64,000 nucleotides of DNA, taken from an uncultured Bacilli bacterium. Its GTDB lineage: Bacteria > Bacillota_I > Bacilli_A > RF39 > UBA660. The stretch spans positions 1,820 through 65,819 of the forward strand of contig CANPXE010000002.1 of assembly GCA_947585665.1 (NCBI GenBank). Direction: 5' to 3'. Under the pieces are notes generated by a model. It was not told where the DNA came from. It saw only the letters and a list, made by a program, of their open reading frames with translations, and searched no databases. Below, one piece after another: positions 29,137 through 38,629 of this stretch; positions within the stretch are counted from its first letter, which is position 1; each line of letters begins with the position of its first letter. The position numbers were made by a program, and so were the translations under genes.

Positions 29137-29417
29137 GGCAGAGATAAGTGAATTGAACTCCCAACAATGATTTTGGAGATGTAGTCCCGAATTTCTTAAA
29201 TTGAATTGAAATGGCTTGAAATCAAGTAATTTCAAGGGTTTCCGAATTTCATCAGTTCATCAAAACTGGCACTTTTTTTTGAAATATTTTGAACTAATTG
29301 GCACAAACTTTTTTGACCCATTTTTTTGTGCCAATCGAGTTGTAGACCGCTAGAGTCACTCTTCGCAAAACCAGTGTTCATAAGGGTTTAATTAAGTTAA
29401 CATAATAATTTGTGCCA
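29137..29417. repeat. Structured intergenic repeat R, copy 1 (about 280 bp, 85-90% identical to copy 2)
   Basis: Aligns with 37630..37924; contains the cttgaaatcaag...atttcaag hairpin and the TTGGCACAAA ... TTTGTGCCAA decamers. Confidence 0.8.
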
Positions 29418-29430
29418 CTTAATTAATCCC

Positions 29431-29490
29431 TTTTTCATCCATATAATCTAATTGATTTCTTATATATCAATTCAAATTTATCACTTTTCA
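29431..29490 (-). pseudogene. Truncated 5' fragment (17 codons, MKSDKFELIYKKSIRLY) of the 152-aa gene found intact at 38153..38611
   Basis: Near-identical DNA to 38545..38602, including the start codon; it is joined directly to repeat R copy 1. Confidence 0.55.
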
Positions 29491-29514
29491 TAACCAACTC
29501 CTAAACTTCTTATT

Positions 29515-31314
29515 TTAATTATCAGTAATACACTCTAAAATATCTTTTTTTAAATACTTCATAATAGGTATAGTAACTAATCCATAAAAATATACAATTG
29601 ATATAAAAATAATTATTCCCCAATTAATTAAGGAAATATAAAAATTCCAATCAATAGATAATTTAATAATTAAACATAATATATTAAAAATTATACAAGC
29701 AAAGATAAAGGCTAATAATATTTCCGTCAAATAATCAATTAAAAAGATTAAATGAATACGATCATTTGATACACGATATAGTCTTAAATAACCAATTTGC
29801 CTTTTATTATAATATAATTCTAAAAGTATTTTACTAATCATAAAGACAAACATAAATAATATAAATACTAAACCAATCTCTAAATATATTTTCACATAAT
29901 TATAAATAGTATATTCTTTATTAGCTATAGTATTAAAATGATTTAAAAGAACAGAATTAAAAAATTTTACATAACCATCTTTGCTTTTCAAGTATATATC
30001 AATAATGTCATTCTTAGATATACTGATTATAATTGTTTTATCTTTGACTGCTGTCTTGATTTCTTTAATTTTGTTATAGGAAATAAAAATCGCAGGTTTT
30101 ATTTCATTAGTTTCTACATCAACAATATCAGTATATATTTCATTGTTATCCAATGTATAAACATCAGTACCACAAATAATACCTGATATAGTTAAAATAT
30201 TATCATCTATTTCGATTGTCTTACCAATTGCTTCTTCATTTTCTAATTGCATTTTATTAATAACAAATTCTTCATTAACTAATATTTCATCATCACTTTT
30301 AGGGAAATGTCCATATTTTATTAAATCTTGTTTTTGAAAATAAGAATCTTCAGCATCAAATAATGTATATGCTTTATAATCATCTTTAACTATATTGTAG
30401 TTAAAATACTCTTTTTCTATTTTGTAATCAATGTATGGTAAATCATCTTCTCGAATGTTTAAAACTTGAATTGGATATTTTTTAGCATAGTCTTTAATGG
30501 ATTCTTTTTTTAAGTTTTGAATAATAGAAATTCCACTAAAAAGTAATAAGAAGAAAAGTGTCATAACAATCATCAAAACAATTCTTTTTTCTTTGCGCCT
30601 TCTTACAAAAAGAAAGTCATATTTCGAAAAAGACGATTGTTCTTCAGTATTATTATCATTATTGTTATCATTTTTTTCATTTATTTCTTCCTTAACTAAT
30701 TTTAATCTACCAAAATCAATCTCATAAATACAATTAGCTATTTCATCATAAATATTCTTATGTGTAGCAATAACAATAATTTTATCTAAATTAATAATTT
30801 CTTTTAAGTAATCACGAAATATTTCAGCATTTTCTTTATCGAGAGAAGAAGTCGGTTCATCTAAAATTATTAACTTACTATCAAGAAGAAGAGCTCTTAT
30901 TAAAGAAATGCGTTGTCTCTCACCACCTGATATCTCTTCCGGTTTTTTATCTAATAATTTTTCAACATCAAACTTTTTAGCATACTCTTTAATCTTATCA
31001 ATATCATCTTTAATAAATAGCAAGTTCTCTTTAATGGTTAATTTTTTAAATAAATAACTCTTTTGAAAAACATAAGAAATGTTATTTTTTATTGTTTGTA
31101 AATCATCTCTATTCATCTTTTTAACATCCTTATTATTCCAATAATACTTACCTTCATAATTAGTATCTAGAAAAGATAAAATATTGAATAAAGTTGTTTT
31201 ACCACTACCACTTATTCCTTTAATGACATAAATATTTCCCTCTTGTAATTTTAGATTAATTTTATCTAAAACGATGTGATCAAAACTTTTAGTTATATTT
31301 TTTAGTTCAATCAT
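29515..31314 (-). CDS. MacB-type ABC transporter, fused ATPase-FtsX-like permease
   Basis: N-terminal Walker A GISGSGKTTLFNIL, ISGGERQR signature and LIILDEPTSSLD; then TM1, large extracytoplasmic domain and 3 C-terminal TMs. Confidence 0.7.
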   Translation of the reverse strand: MIELKNITKSFDHIVLDKINLKLQEGNIYVIKGISGSGKTTLFNILSFLDTNYEGKYYWNNKDVKKMNRDDLQTIKNNISYVFQKSYLFKKLTIKENLLFIKDDIDKIKEYAKKFDVEKLLDKKPEEISGGERQRISLIRALLLDSKLIILDEPTSSLDKENAEIFRDYLKEIINLDKIIVIATHKNIYDEIANCIYEIDFGRLKLVKEEINEKNDNNNDNNTEEQSSFSKYDFLFVRRRKEKRIVLMIVMTLFFLLLFSGISIIQNLKKESIKDYAKKYPIQVLNIREDDLPYIDYKIEKEYFNYNIVKDDYKAYTLFDAEDSYFQKQDLIKYGHFPKSDDEILVNEEFVINKMQLENEEAIGKTIEIDDNILTISGIICGTDVYTLDNNEIYTDIVDVETNEIKPAIFISYNKIKEIKTAVKDKTIIISISKNDIIDIYLKSKDGYVKFFNSVLLNHFNTIANKEYTIYNYVKIYLEIGLVFILFMFVFMISKILLELYYNKRQIGYLRLYRVSNDRIHLIFLIDYLTEILLAFIFACIIFNILCLIIKLSIDWNFYISLINWGIIIFISIVYFYGLVTIPIMKYLKKDILECITDN

Positions 31315-33257
31315 AATAGATCACTCTTTTCTTTAATTAAGTAAAACCAACCTTTTTTCTTGCGCGAATGGTTGAGAAAAAGACTTTCGATTAAGGCAAA
31401 AACGCCACTAACTATTAATAATTTTAAAATCCAATCAATACTTATCATAAATAGTGGATATGGAAGAAAGCCACCACTAGTAATAGTGTAATTTAATACT
31501 TTTGATAAAAGAATAGAACAAAAAGAAGATAATAAAATTATGAAAAACATATAAAGTAGGAAATATATTGAAGTAGCTGTTTTAACACTCATTTCACGAT
31601 AACCATAATATTCATAAATACTATAATTGTGCTCTGTATGGGCAAGTCTTGTTTTATGAATTTGATAATAAAAGATAAGTCCTAAAGCTAAAAAAGCAAT
31701 ACTTGTGGAAAAACACAATTGTTGAATTAATTCATCATTAACTCCAAATTCAACAAAATTATTAATAGGATCATTTAAAACAATAGGCGAATTAGAATTA
31801 TAGTCTTTACCTTTGTATTTATTATAAAAACTCATGAAATCTTTACTATTATTAAAGTAAACTGTTAGAGAGGTTGCTGGATAATTAGAATTTAATTCAT
31901 CACTTCCTAAAACATCATCTTGTAAATATTTTTCCATGTAACTATTACTTAAAAAATAATACCAATCATAGACATATTGACCGAGAGTAGCCCTCCAAAG
32001 TGTCTCATTATCTTCATCAATCTTATTAAAGATACCAACTATTTCAAATTCATCTTTACCATCAGGAAGATTAAGTTCTATTTTTTCACCGATTAAGTTT
32101 TTTATTTTACTTTCATCTAAATTTTGTAATTCTAAAGCTTCTTCATAGCCAATAATAATATCATTTTTGTCCTCAAAATAATGCCCATAAAGTAGTTTAC
32201 TATCGATGTCACCTAAATTATCTTTATGTTCAGGAAGCGTAATTATATCGGTTACAAAATCCGTTTGAATACTTGAATCATCATCTTCTTCATAAGAATT
32301 CATTGGAACATTCCTAATATAGTTATAAGTGACTTCAGAAACATCATAATTAGATAAAATACTATTACAATAGTCTTTTGTCTCAAGAGAACAAAATATT
32401 CCAGTTGCTTTTAAATCATTATTATAAATTAGTTGATTAATAAGTTTGGTATCATAGTCAGTACATGCAAAAAGAAGTAATAAAACAACGGAAAAAATAG
32501 TTGTAAAAAGAAATAATATTTTCTTTTCAAAACGAAACATTTGACGACATAAATATTTTAAAACGATAAAAGTTTCTTTAAAAAAACTATTTTTTCTTTT
32601 ATATTTAATTTTTTTAGATAAATCTACTTTTAAATCTTTATCTTTATATCGATCTAAATCATTGAAATCTATTTTTTTACATTCCAAAGAAAAGATAGTA
32701 CTATCATGACTAGCACAAATTACTAATGCTTTTTCTTTTAATTCATCAAGCATTTCATAAAAAATATCACGATTTTTCTTATCTAATGAAGCTGTTGGTT
32801 CATCTAGTAGAAATATCTTTTTATCTTTTAAAATATTACCAATTAAAGCAAATCTCTGTCTTTCTCCACCCGATAATTGATTAGGGAACTTTTTCAAACA
32901 GCGACTTAAATTAAACTTTTTAACTAAGTTATTAATTTCATCTTTATTTTTATTTGATTGTAATATTAAGTTTTCTTCTATGGTTAAATAATCAATAAAA
33001 TATGTATCTTGGGAAATATAAGCAATTTTATCTTGAATGTTATTGTAATTAACACATTTTTTATAAACATTACCATCATAAGCTATTTCTCCATCATCAA
33101 AGCTAACAATTCCTAAAAGGATTTGAAGAAGAGTTGTTTTTCCACTACCACTAATACCATAAAGAACATATAGACCTTTATCTTCAAATTTATAAGAGAA
33201 ATCTTTAAAAATAGTAACATCATTAAATTTCTTTTTGATATTTTTACATATAATCAT
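31311..33257 (-). CDS. MacB-type ABC transporter, fused ATPase-FtsX-like permease (paralog)
   Basis: GISGSGKTTLLQIL, LSGGERQR, FLLDEPTASLD, plus the same four-TM FtsX-like topology; overlaps the downstream gene by 4 nt. Confidence 0.7.
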   Translation of the reverse strand: MIICKNIKKKFNDVTIFKDFSYKFEDKGLYVLYGISGSGKTTLLQILLGIVSFDDGEIAYDGNVYKKCVNYNNIQDKIAYISQDTYFIDYLTIEENLILQSNKNKDEINNLVKKFNLSRCLKKFPNQLSGGERQRFALIGNILKDKKIFLLDEPTASLDKKNRDIFYEMLDELKEKALVICASHDSTIFSLECKKIDFNDLDRYKDKDLKVDLSKKIKYKRKNSFFKETFIVLKYLCRQMFRFEKKILFLFTTIFSVVLLLLFACTDYDTKLINQLIYNNDLKATGIFCSLETKDYCNSILSNYDVSEVTYNYIRNVPMNSYEEDDDSSIQTDFVTDIITLPEHKDNLGDIDSKLLYGHYFEDKNDIIIGYEEALELQNLDESKIKNLIGEKIELNLPDGKDEFEIVGIFNKIDEDNETLWRATLGQYVYDWYYFLSNSYMEKYLQDDVLGSDELNSNYPATSLTVYFNNSKDFMSFYNKYKGKDYNSNSPIVLNDPINNFVEFGVNDELIQQLCFSTSIAFLALGLIFYYQIHKTRLAHTEHNYSIYEYYGYREMSVKTATSIYFLLYMFFIILLSSFCSILLSKVLNYTITSGGFLPYPLFMISIDWILKLLIVSGVFALIESLFLNHSRKKKGWFYLIKEKSDLL

Positions 33258-33259
33258 AA

Positions 33260-34201
33260 TTATTTATCCCTATTTTCTTCAATTTTTTCAAATATTTGAA
33301 ATAACTCTTTATAGTCTGAATTGTCTTTTAAACTATCAAACTTTTTATCTAAAGAGAATTTTCCATTCTTTTTAATATCTTTTTCCATTTCTTTAATCGT
33401 GTTATAAATTTCTTTTTCTTTATCAGTTGCTTTGTTAGAAGCAATCTTATCTGTTAAATATGTACCATTTGAATATACATAATCAATTCTAACTTCTTCT
33501 ATATTGCCATAATTTAAAAGTAATCCAACTTGATAGTGATCTTCATTACTCTTAACTTTTGTTATTGAGCAAGTTTTAAGTGATATATATTTTCCAATTA
33601 TATCATCTGTTTTTTGATATTTTTTTGAATATGCATCATTCCATAATTTTACAATATCATCTTTTTCAAAATTAACAAATTTAATACTTTTTAAATCATC
33701 ATTATTTATTTTTCTCTCCCAATGTTCATTTACTAACAATTCATTTATTTCACCTAATTCATCAGTTTCTGTTTTTTTGCCATCTTTTGATTTACGTGAA
33801 TGTTCAAGCGTAACTGAACTTGATGGTATTTTAGATATGTGTCCATCTCCATCTATAAGTGTACTATAATTATCATCTAAGTGTTCGTATTTAATATTAC
33901 AACCTGAAAAATAATTATAATAAATATATTTTTCTTTTTCTTGAACACGATCAATAGTAATATAATAGAACCAACCATCTTCTTTTTCTAAATAGCTTCT
34001 TTTAACAACAGAACTTTCGGCAACTTTCTCTTCTTCTTCTCTAATTTTTTTCTCTCTTTGTTCTTTATCATAAACTGTCTTGATTTTATTTATGGAAAAT
34101 ATAATAATTGCGACTAAAAATATAATTATAAATACAAACATAATTTTTTGATTTAAACTCTTTTTTTTCGACATATTTTTTCTCCTCTTTTTATATAGCA
34201 A
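33260..34201 (-). CDS. Membrane-anchored extracytoplasmic protein (possible accessory component of the MacB-like exporter)
   Basis: 313 aa with an N-terminal basic tail, a single TM helix and a charged extracellular domain; ends 3 nt upstream of the ABC gene. Confidence 0.3.
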   Translation of the reverse strand: MLYKKRRKNMSKKKSLNQKIMFVFIIIFLVAIIIFSINKIKTVYDKEQREKKIREEEEKVAESSVVKRSYLEKEDGWFYYITIDRVQEKEKYIYYNYFSGCNIKYEHLDDNYSTLIDGDGHISKIPSSSVTLEHSRKSKDGKKTETDELGEINELLVNEHWERKINNDDLKSIKFVNFEKDDIVKLWNDAYSKKYQKTDDIIGKYISLKTCSITKVKSNEDHYQVGLLLNYGNIEEVRIDYVYSNGTYLTDKIASNKATDKEKEIYNTIKEMEKDIKKNGKFSLDKKFDSLKDNSDYKELFQIFEKIEENRDK

Positions 34202-34227
34202 CTTACTAAAAAGTTATACTATAAGAA

Positions 34228-34268
34228 TAAACAATAGCCATTTTGGTTGAAATGGCTATTGTTTTATA
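34228..34268. terminator. Hairpin terminator between convergently oriented units
   Basis: aacaatagccattt-ggttg-aaatggctattgtt perfect 14-bp stem. Confidence 0.45.
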
Positions 34269-34772
34269 TTAATCTACTCTTATTTCGTAATCGAACACTG
34301 CACCATTTGTTGTTGTTTTATCACCTGTTATTTTGTCAAGTGCTGCTGTTATATAAAGTTCACCAGTTGCGTCATTAGCAGAATCAATATTTCCTAAACC
34401 AGCTGTATATTCTTCATCCAATTTGATAGTATCTAAATCCAATCCTTTAAATGTTCCTATGTATCTTTTTACGAAATCATCAGCATTAGGATCTGCATCA
34501 TCTTCCATCAAATATATAATTATCTCTCTACCAGTTATTGGTTTTGCAACTCCTTCTCTCAAGTATCCTAAATTATCAAAAAATACATATGATTCAGATC
34601 CCTTTAAAGGTGCTGACTTAGATGTTAAATTGAATATTTTACCTGATGTTTTTTTACCTGCTATTGCTTCCGGACCTTTTTGCCATCCAGTAACTTGATT
34701 ATAAGCATATACATTAGATGTAACTAATAATAACATTGCAAAAATTCCTAAGCAAATTACAATTTTTTTCAT
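34269..34772 (-). CDS. Small secreted protein (signal peptide, 167 aa)
   Basis: N-terminal signal peptide ending VYAYNQ; acidic mature region; strong AGGAGG-type RBS. Confidence 0.4.
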   Translation of the reverse strand: MKKIVICLGIFAMLLLVTSNVYAYNQVTGWQKGPEAIAGKKTSGKIFNLTSKSAPLKGSESYVFFDNLGYLREGVAKPITGREIIIYLMEDDADPNADDFVKRYIGTFKGLDLDTIKLDEEYTAGLGNIDSANDATGELYITAALDKITGDKTTTNGAVFDYEIRVD

Positions 34773-35026
34773 TTTTTCCTCCTTATTATTATATTTATTT
34801 TAACAACATTTTTATAGTGGCCACAATTTAAACTAAAATGGAGTTAACATATTTTGATGAAATACAAATTGTTATTTATGATAGTTTCCTATTTACAATA
34901 ATCATTTAATTAAATACATCTAAAATAGCACAATAATATCAAACTTACTATTTATAAGAAAACTAACATTAACAATTTATTTTTCACTTTATATTCTTTA
35001 ATGGTATTTAATTGTAGTTTAAATTT

Positions 35027-35779
35027 TTAAAGTGTAATATCAACACCTTCCATTTCGTCATACACTCCAGTAGCTGCACCATAAAACTTGAATACATTTC
35101 CATACCCAGCACTATCTATTACGAATAGTTGACTATTTGACAGACTTATTTGTTTTTTTGCATGTTGATATGATGCATATACCTTCCCACCTTTAGCAAG
35201 TGTATATTTTTGTTCAATAGTAACATTACTACCAGACGGCAACTTTACAGATGTTCCAAAACCATTTACAAATCCTTTGGCATCGTAAACAAAATCATAT
35301 CCTTCGCTAGAAGAAAATTTTGTAACTATTGAATCACTAATTAAATTTGTTCCAGAAAAACGTGCACCAATTATGTCATAGCTTCTTACATTTGGCAATG
35401 ATGTCCATGTACATTTTACAATGATTGCACAATTTTTGGAGCAACTCTTAACTATTGTTAATGTTTTTCCATTTTGATTGAGTGAAGAAGTCATTGGTGA
35501 TATTCCATAATCATAAATAGTCTTAATTTCAACATCGCTATTATCAATATTCAAATCTTGAATCCAATTAAGATCATCAATAGTCATTTTTTCAAAATAG
35601 TTATTACCATAAAATTCATTAATGAAATTATATGTTTTTGTTGAAACCTTAACTCCATTTTCATTAGTATAATAATCTTTACTTTGTGCATGAACTCCAT
35701 CGGTATAAATAAATATTAAAAATGTAATCATTATAATTAATGCATGACCATATTTTCTTCTCATATTTCCTTCTTTCAA
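35027..35779 (-). CDS. Secreted three-Cys protein of about 250 aa, cassette unit A
   Basis: Signal peptide (GVHAQS cleavage); conserved KSCSKNCAIIVKCTW block shared with paralog 42961..43722 at about 50% identity. Confidence 0.45.
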   Translation of the reverse strand: MKEGNMRRKYGHALIIMITFLIFIYTDGVHAQSKDYYTNENGVKVSTKTYNFINEFYGNNYFEKMTIDDLNWIQDLNIDNSDVEIKTIYDYGISPMTSSLNQNGKTLTIVKSCSKNCAIIVKCTWTSLPNVRSYDIIGARFSGTNLISDSIVTKFSSSEGYDFVYDAKGFVNGFGTSVKLPSGSNVTIEQKYTLAKGGKVYASYQHAKKQISLSNSQLFVIDSAGYGNVFKFYGAATGVYDEMEGVDITL

Positions 35780-35895
35780 ACCAATGTTAATTTAAAAATT
35801 TAAAAAAATAAAGGACTTATTCAGTCCATATGTTATTGAAACCTATTTTTTTTAAATTAAATATACATTATATAATAATATTTGATAAATACATA

Positions 35896-37005
35896 TTAAC
35901 TATCAAAATCTATTTTACTCAAATAATTATCACTAAACTCTTTTATTTTTTTATCATCACATTTATACATGATACATTCCTTCTTTTGAAGATCATAATA
36001 AAATTCTTCAATTATATCACCTGCTTGATTTATACTACTATATGACAAATCTACTGGATGTGTATAACTATATCTTTTTATGATGCCATCTTCTTGTTCT
36101 TCTACAATATAAGTTTTAACATCTGGATAATATTCCTGTTTTATACTTTTATTATCATTATTAGTTTCCAAATAATAACAATTATCGTCATCATTATATT
36201 TAAAATTTTTCATAATATAATTAGGCACATTAACATCTTCTACATAATTGACATCTTCTTTTAGTTTATTATGTTTCTTGAAAAAAATATTATTATTAGA
36301 ATATTCTTTTGATAGTTTTAATTTTATAATTGATACTTCATCATCTAATTCAATTTTTAAATATAAATTAGATACTAAATACTTTAAATCCTTATATTCC
36401 ACGCTCGATTCTGAAAAGTCCAATACATCAAAACTTATTACCCCGTTACCATAGAATAAAACATTTTTATTGTCGCCTTTTTCATAGTACAATTCAAAGT
36501 TAACATCATCAGTTTGTAAATTTTGAACATTTCCAAGTTGAATGTAAAGTTTTTCATGTGATACAATCATTAATCCATTATTTATAACATAATTATTTTG
36601 ACTACCTTCAATTTCATATACAGTTATAGAATTATAATTATTTATAAAATAATATGATAAAAATAAAATTGTTAAAGAAATAATTATTAACAAACTAAAA
36701 ATTAAATATTTTTTAAATTTAATACTTTTTTTCATAATATTTGCCGTCATGCTATTAATAGTTTTTATGTTGCTTTTATTTTTTCTTTCACCAAGCATTA
36801 ATTCATAAATTGTTATTTCAAAAATATCACTTAATTTTAATAAAACTTCTATACTAGGATTATTTATTCCACGTTCCCACTTTGAAACTGTTTCTCTTTC
36901 AACAAACAAAAGTTTTGACAACTGCTCCTGTGTCAAGTTTTTTTCTCGCCTTAATTCAGATATAAAATGCCCAATTTTTTTATAATCTAATTGCAAAATA
37001 ATCAC
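35896..37005 (-). CDS. Membrane-anchored XRE-family transcriptional regulator (HTH-TM-extracellular sensor domain), unit A
   Basis: N-terminal HTH_XRE (KNLTQEQLSKLLFVERETVSKWERGINNPSIEVLLKLSDIF), a single TM (YLIFSLLIIISLTILFLSYYFI), and about 250 aa outside. Confidence 0.65.
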   Translation of the reverse strand: MIILQLDYKKIGHFISELRREKNLTQEQLSKLLFVERETVSKWERGINNPSIEVLLKLSDIFEITIYELMLGERKNKSNIKTINSMTANIMKKSIKFKKYLIFSLLIIISLTILFLSYYFINNYNSITVYEIEGSQNNYVINNGLMIVSHEKLYIQLGNVQNLQTDDVNFELYYEKGDNKNVLFYGNGVISFDVLDFSESSVEYKDLKYLVSNLYLKIELDDEVSIIKLKLSKEYSNNNIFFKKHNKLKEDVNYVEDVNVPNYIMKNFKYNDDDNCYYLETNNDNKSIKQEYYPDVKTYIVEEQEDGIIKRYSYTHPVDLSYSSINQAGDIIEEFYYDLQKKECIMYKCDDKKIKEFSDNYLSKIDFDS

Positions 37006-37065
37006 CTACCAACTATATTATTATATATTATATACTATATACCAACATCTATCAATGTCATAATT

Positions 37066-37335
37066 TTATAGATTTCTATCCACAAAAAATTCTCTAATGT
37101 CTACTTCTAAAACGCGGAAAATTCTATACAAAACTGCTATACTAAATGACTGAGCTACTTTTCTTGATTCAATATTACCAATAAGACTAGTACTTAAATC
37201 ACATAGTTCAGCCAACTTTTCTTGAGTCATCTTTCCATAATAACTATATTTGCTATTATTATGTAATCTAAAATATTTAATATTTCTACTAGCAATATCG
37301 TAAATATATCTATCATCATTTGGATCAAAATTCAT
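37066..37335 (-). CDS. Small XRE-family HTH regulator, unit A
   Basis: 89 aa; HTH region MTQEKLAELCDLSTSLIGNIESRKV. Nearly identical to 44963..45250. Confidence 0.7.
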   Translation of the reverse strand: MNFDPNDDRYIYDIASRNIKYFRLHNNSKYSYYGKMTQEKLAELCDLSTSLIGNIESRKVAQSFSIAVLYRIFRVLEVDIREFFVDRNL

Positions 37336-37559
37336 TCAATATCACCTATTTGTATTTTCTCACTTATTGAAGAAAATATTTATATTCATATAATGATAAA
37401 ACTTATATCATAAGTGATGAAACAAAATCAATAGTTTTTATTAATAACGTTTACTAAATTTTTATAGTTATTATTTTCATATTCTTTCATATAGCAAATG
37501 CATAATACATGAGTGTTATTATACTAACTCTAAAAAGGCTTATTGTAAATTATTTTGAA

Positions 37560-37590
37560 AACAAAAAAATCTAGTAAGAACTACTAGATA
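37560..37590 (-). terminator. Hairpin plus T-run (minus strand) between repeat R copy 2 and the xreS-A promoter region
   Basis: atctagta-agaa-ctactagat palindrome followed on the minus strand by TTTTTTTGTTTT. Confidence 0.4.
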
Positions 37591-37629
37591 ATATATGATA
37601 AATCGCTACAAAAAGCGAACATTTGTTTT

Positions 37630-37924
37630 GGCAGGGGATAAGTGAATTGAACACTTATCTAAGGTTTTGGAGATGTAGTCTCGAATTTTTTGAATTGAAC
37701 TGAAATGGCTTGAAATCAAGTAATTTCAAGAGTTTCCGAATTTCATCAGTTCATCAAAAATGGCACTTTTTTTGAAATATTTTGAACTAATTGGCACAAA
37801 ATTGGCACAAATTTTTTTGACCCAATTTTTTTGTGCCAATCGAGTTGTAAACCGCTAGACTTTTTCTTCGCAAAACCAGTGTTCATAAGGGTTTAATTAG
37901 GGCAACATAATAATTTGTGCCAAT
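37630..37924. repeat. Structured intergenic repeat R, copy 2 (most complete copy)
   Basis: About 295 bp with 8-bp hairpin gataagtg/cacttatc, hairpin cttgaaatcaag/atttcaag, two direct ATTGGCACAAA repeats and two inverted TTTGTGCCAAT copies. Confidence 0.8.
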
Positions 37925-37934
37925 AAATAAATAA

Positions 37935-37975
37935 AAAAAGAGAGAATCTACTCATTTGTAGATCCTCTCAAATAT
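37935..37975 (-). terminator. Rho-independent terminator after the 152-aa gene operon
   Basis: gagaggatctac...gtagattctctc stem followed on the minus strand by TTTTTTTATTT. Confidence 0.45.
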
Positions 37976-38152
37976 CTATTCTTTCAACTTTTTTAATATC
38001 ATCAGGTGGATTAATTTCAGGTTTATCACATTTTTAAGACTATTTTAGATATTTTTGTTTATATTTCATAGATGTACCTATAGTACCTTTTTCATTTGTT
38101 TTTTATATATTACTTTTTGAAACTTTGTCAGTTCATTATTTAAGGAATAGAT

Positions 38153-38611
38153 TCAACAACTTTTAGCTAGTATCAAATTAATATCATTCGAATCAATAAT
38201 ATTTTGTATGCGACAATATTCATTATCTATTAAACTAATATTTTCATTACACTTTTCAAACACTCCAGTAATTTCAAATAGTTCATTATCTTTTATACGA
38301 GATACTGAAAGTCCACATTCATATAAAACCACTTCTTTTTGAGGCAATAAATTGTAATTATCATCAAGTTCAATTGGCATTAAATGGTTTACTTTAAATT
38401 GATAAATTATAAAAGTATATTCATCAATATTTATAGTTTTAGATTTAATTATTGAATCTTTTATATTATCAATGCTGACTTTATTACTTTTTTTGTATAA
38501 ACGACTGATATAATTATCAAACTTTAAATCGTATTTAAAATACAAACTATATAATCTAATTGATTTCTTATATATCAATTCAAATTTATCACTTTTCATA
38601 ACTAGCTCCAA
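38153..38611 (-). CDS. Hypothetical cytoplasmic protein (152 aa), terminal gene of cassette unit B
   Basis: ORF with RBS. Its 5' end is duplicated as a fragment at 29431..29490. Confidence 0.4.
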   Translation of the reverse strand: MELVMKSDKFELIYKKSIRLYSLYFKYDLKFDNYISRLYKKSNKVSIDNIKDSIIKSKTINIDEYTFIIYQFKVNHLMPIELDDNYNLLPQKEVVLYECGLSVSRIKDNELFEITGVFEKCNENISLIDNEYCRIQNIIDSNDINLILAKSC

Positions 38612-38629
38612 ATACTCTTTTTATTTAAA

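Noticed and set aside
29141-29420. 53-codon ORF (MNTGFAKSDSSGLQLDWHKKMGQKSLCQ...) on the minus strand of repeat R copy 1
   Set aside because: The frame is not conserved in copy 2 (indels shift and truncate it), so the repeat is most likely non-coding.
35830-36454. Plus-strand ORFs (35830..36045, 36058..36264, 36248..36454) opposite the XRE-TM gene of unit A
   Set aside because: They are antisense to a conserved paralogous gene; Ile/Phe-rich translations of AT-rich complement; no RBS.
37791-37816. Possible sigma-54 promoter TGGCAC-AAAA-TTGGCA within repeat R
   Set aside because: The GG..GC spacing is one nucleotide longer than the -24/-12 consensus (TGGCAC-N5-TTGCA). No enhancer-binding-protein gene is present in the window. 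The motif is better explained as a TTGGCACAAA direct repeat.
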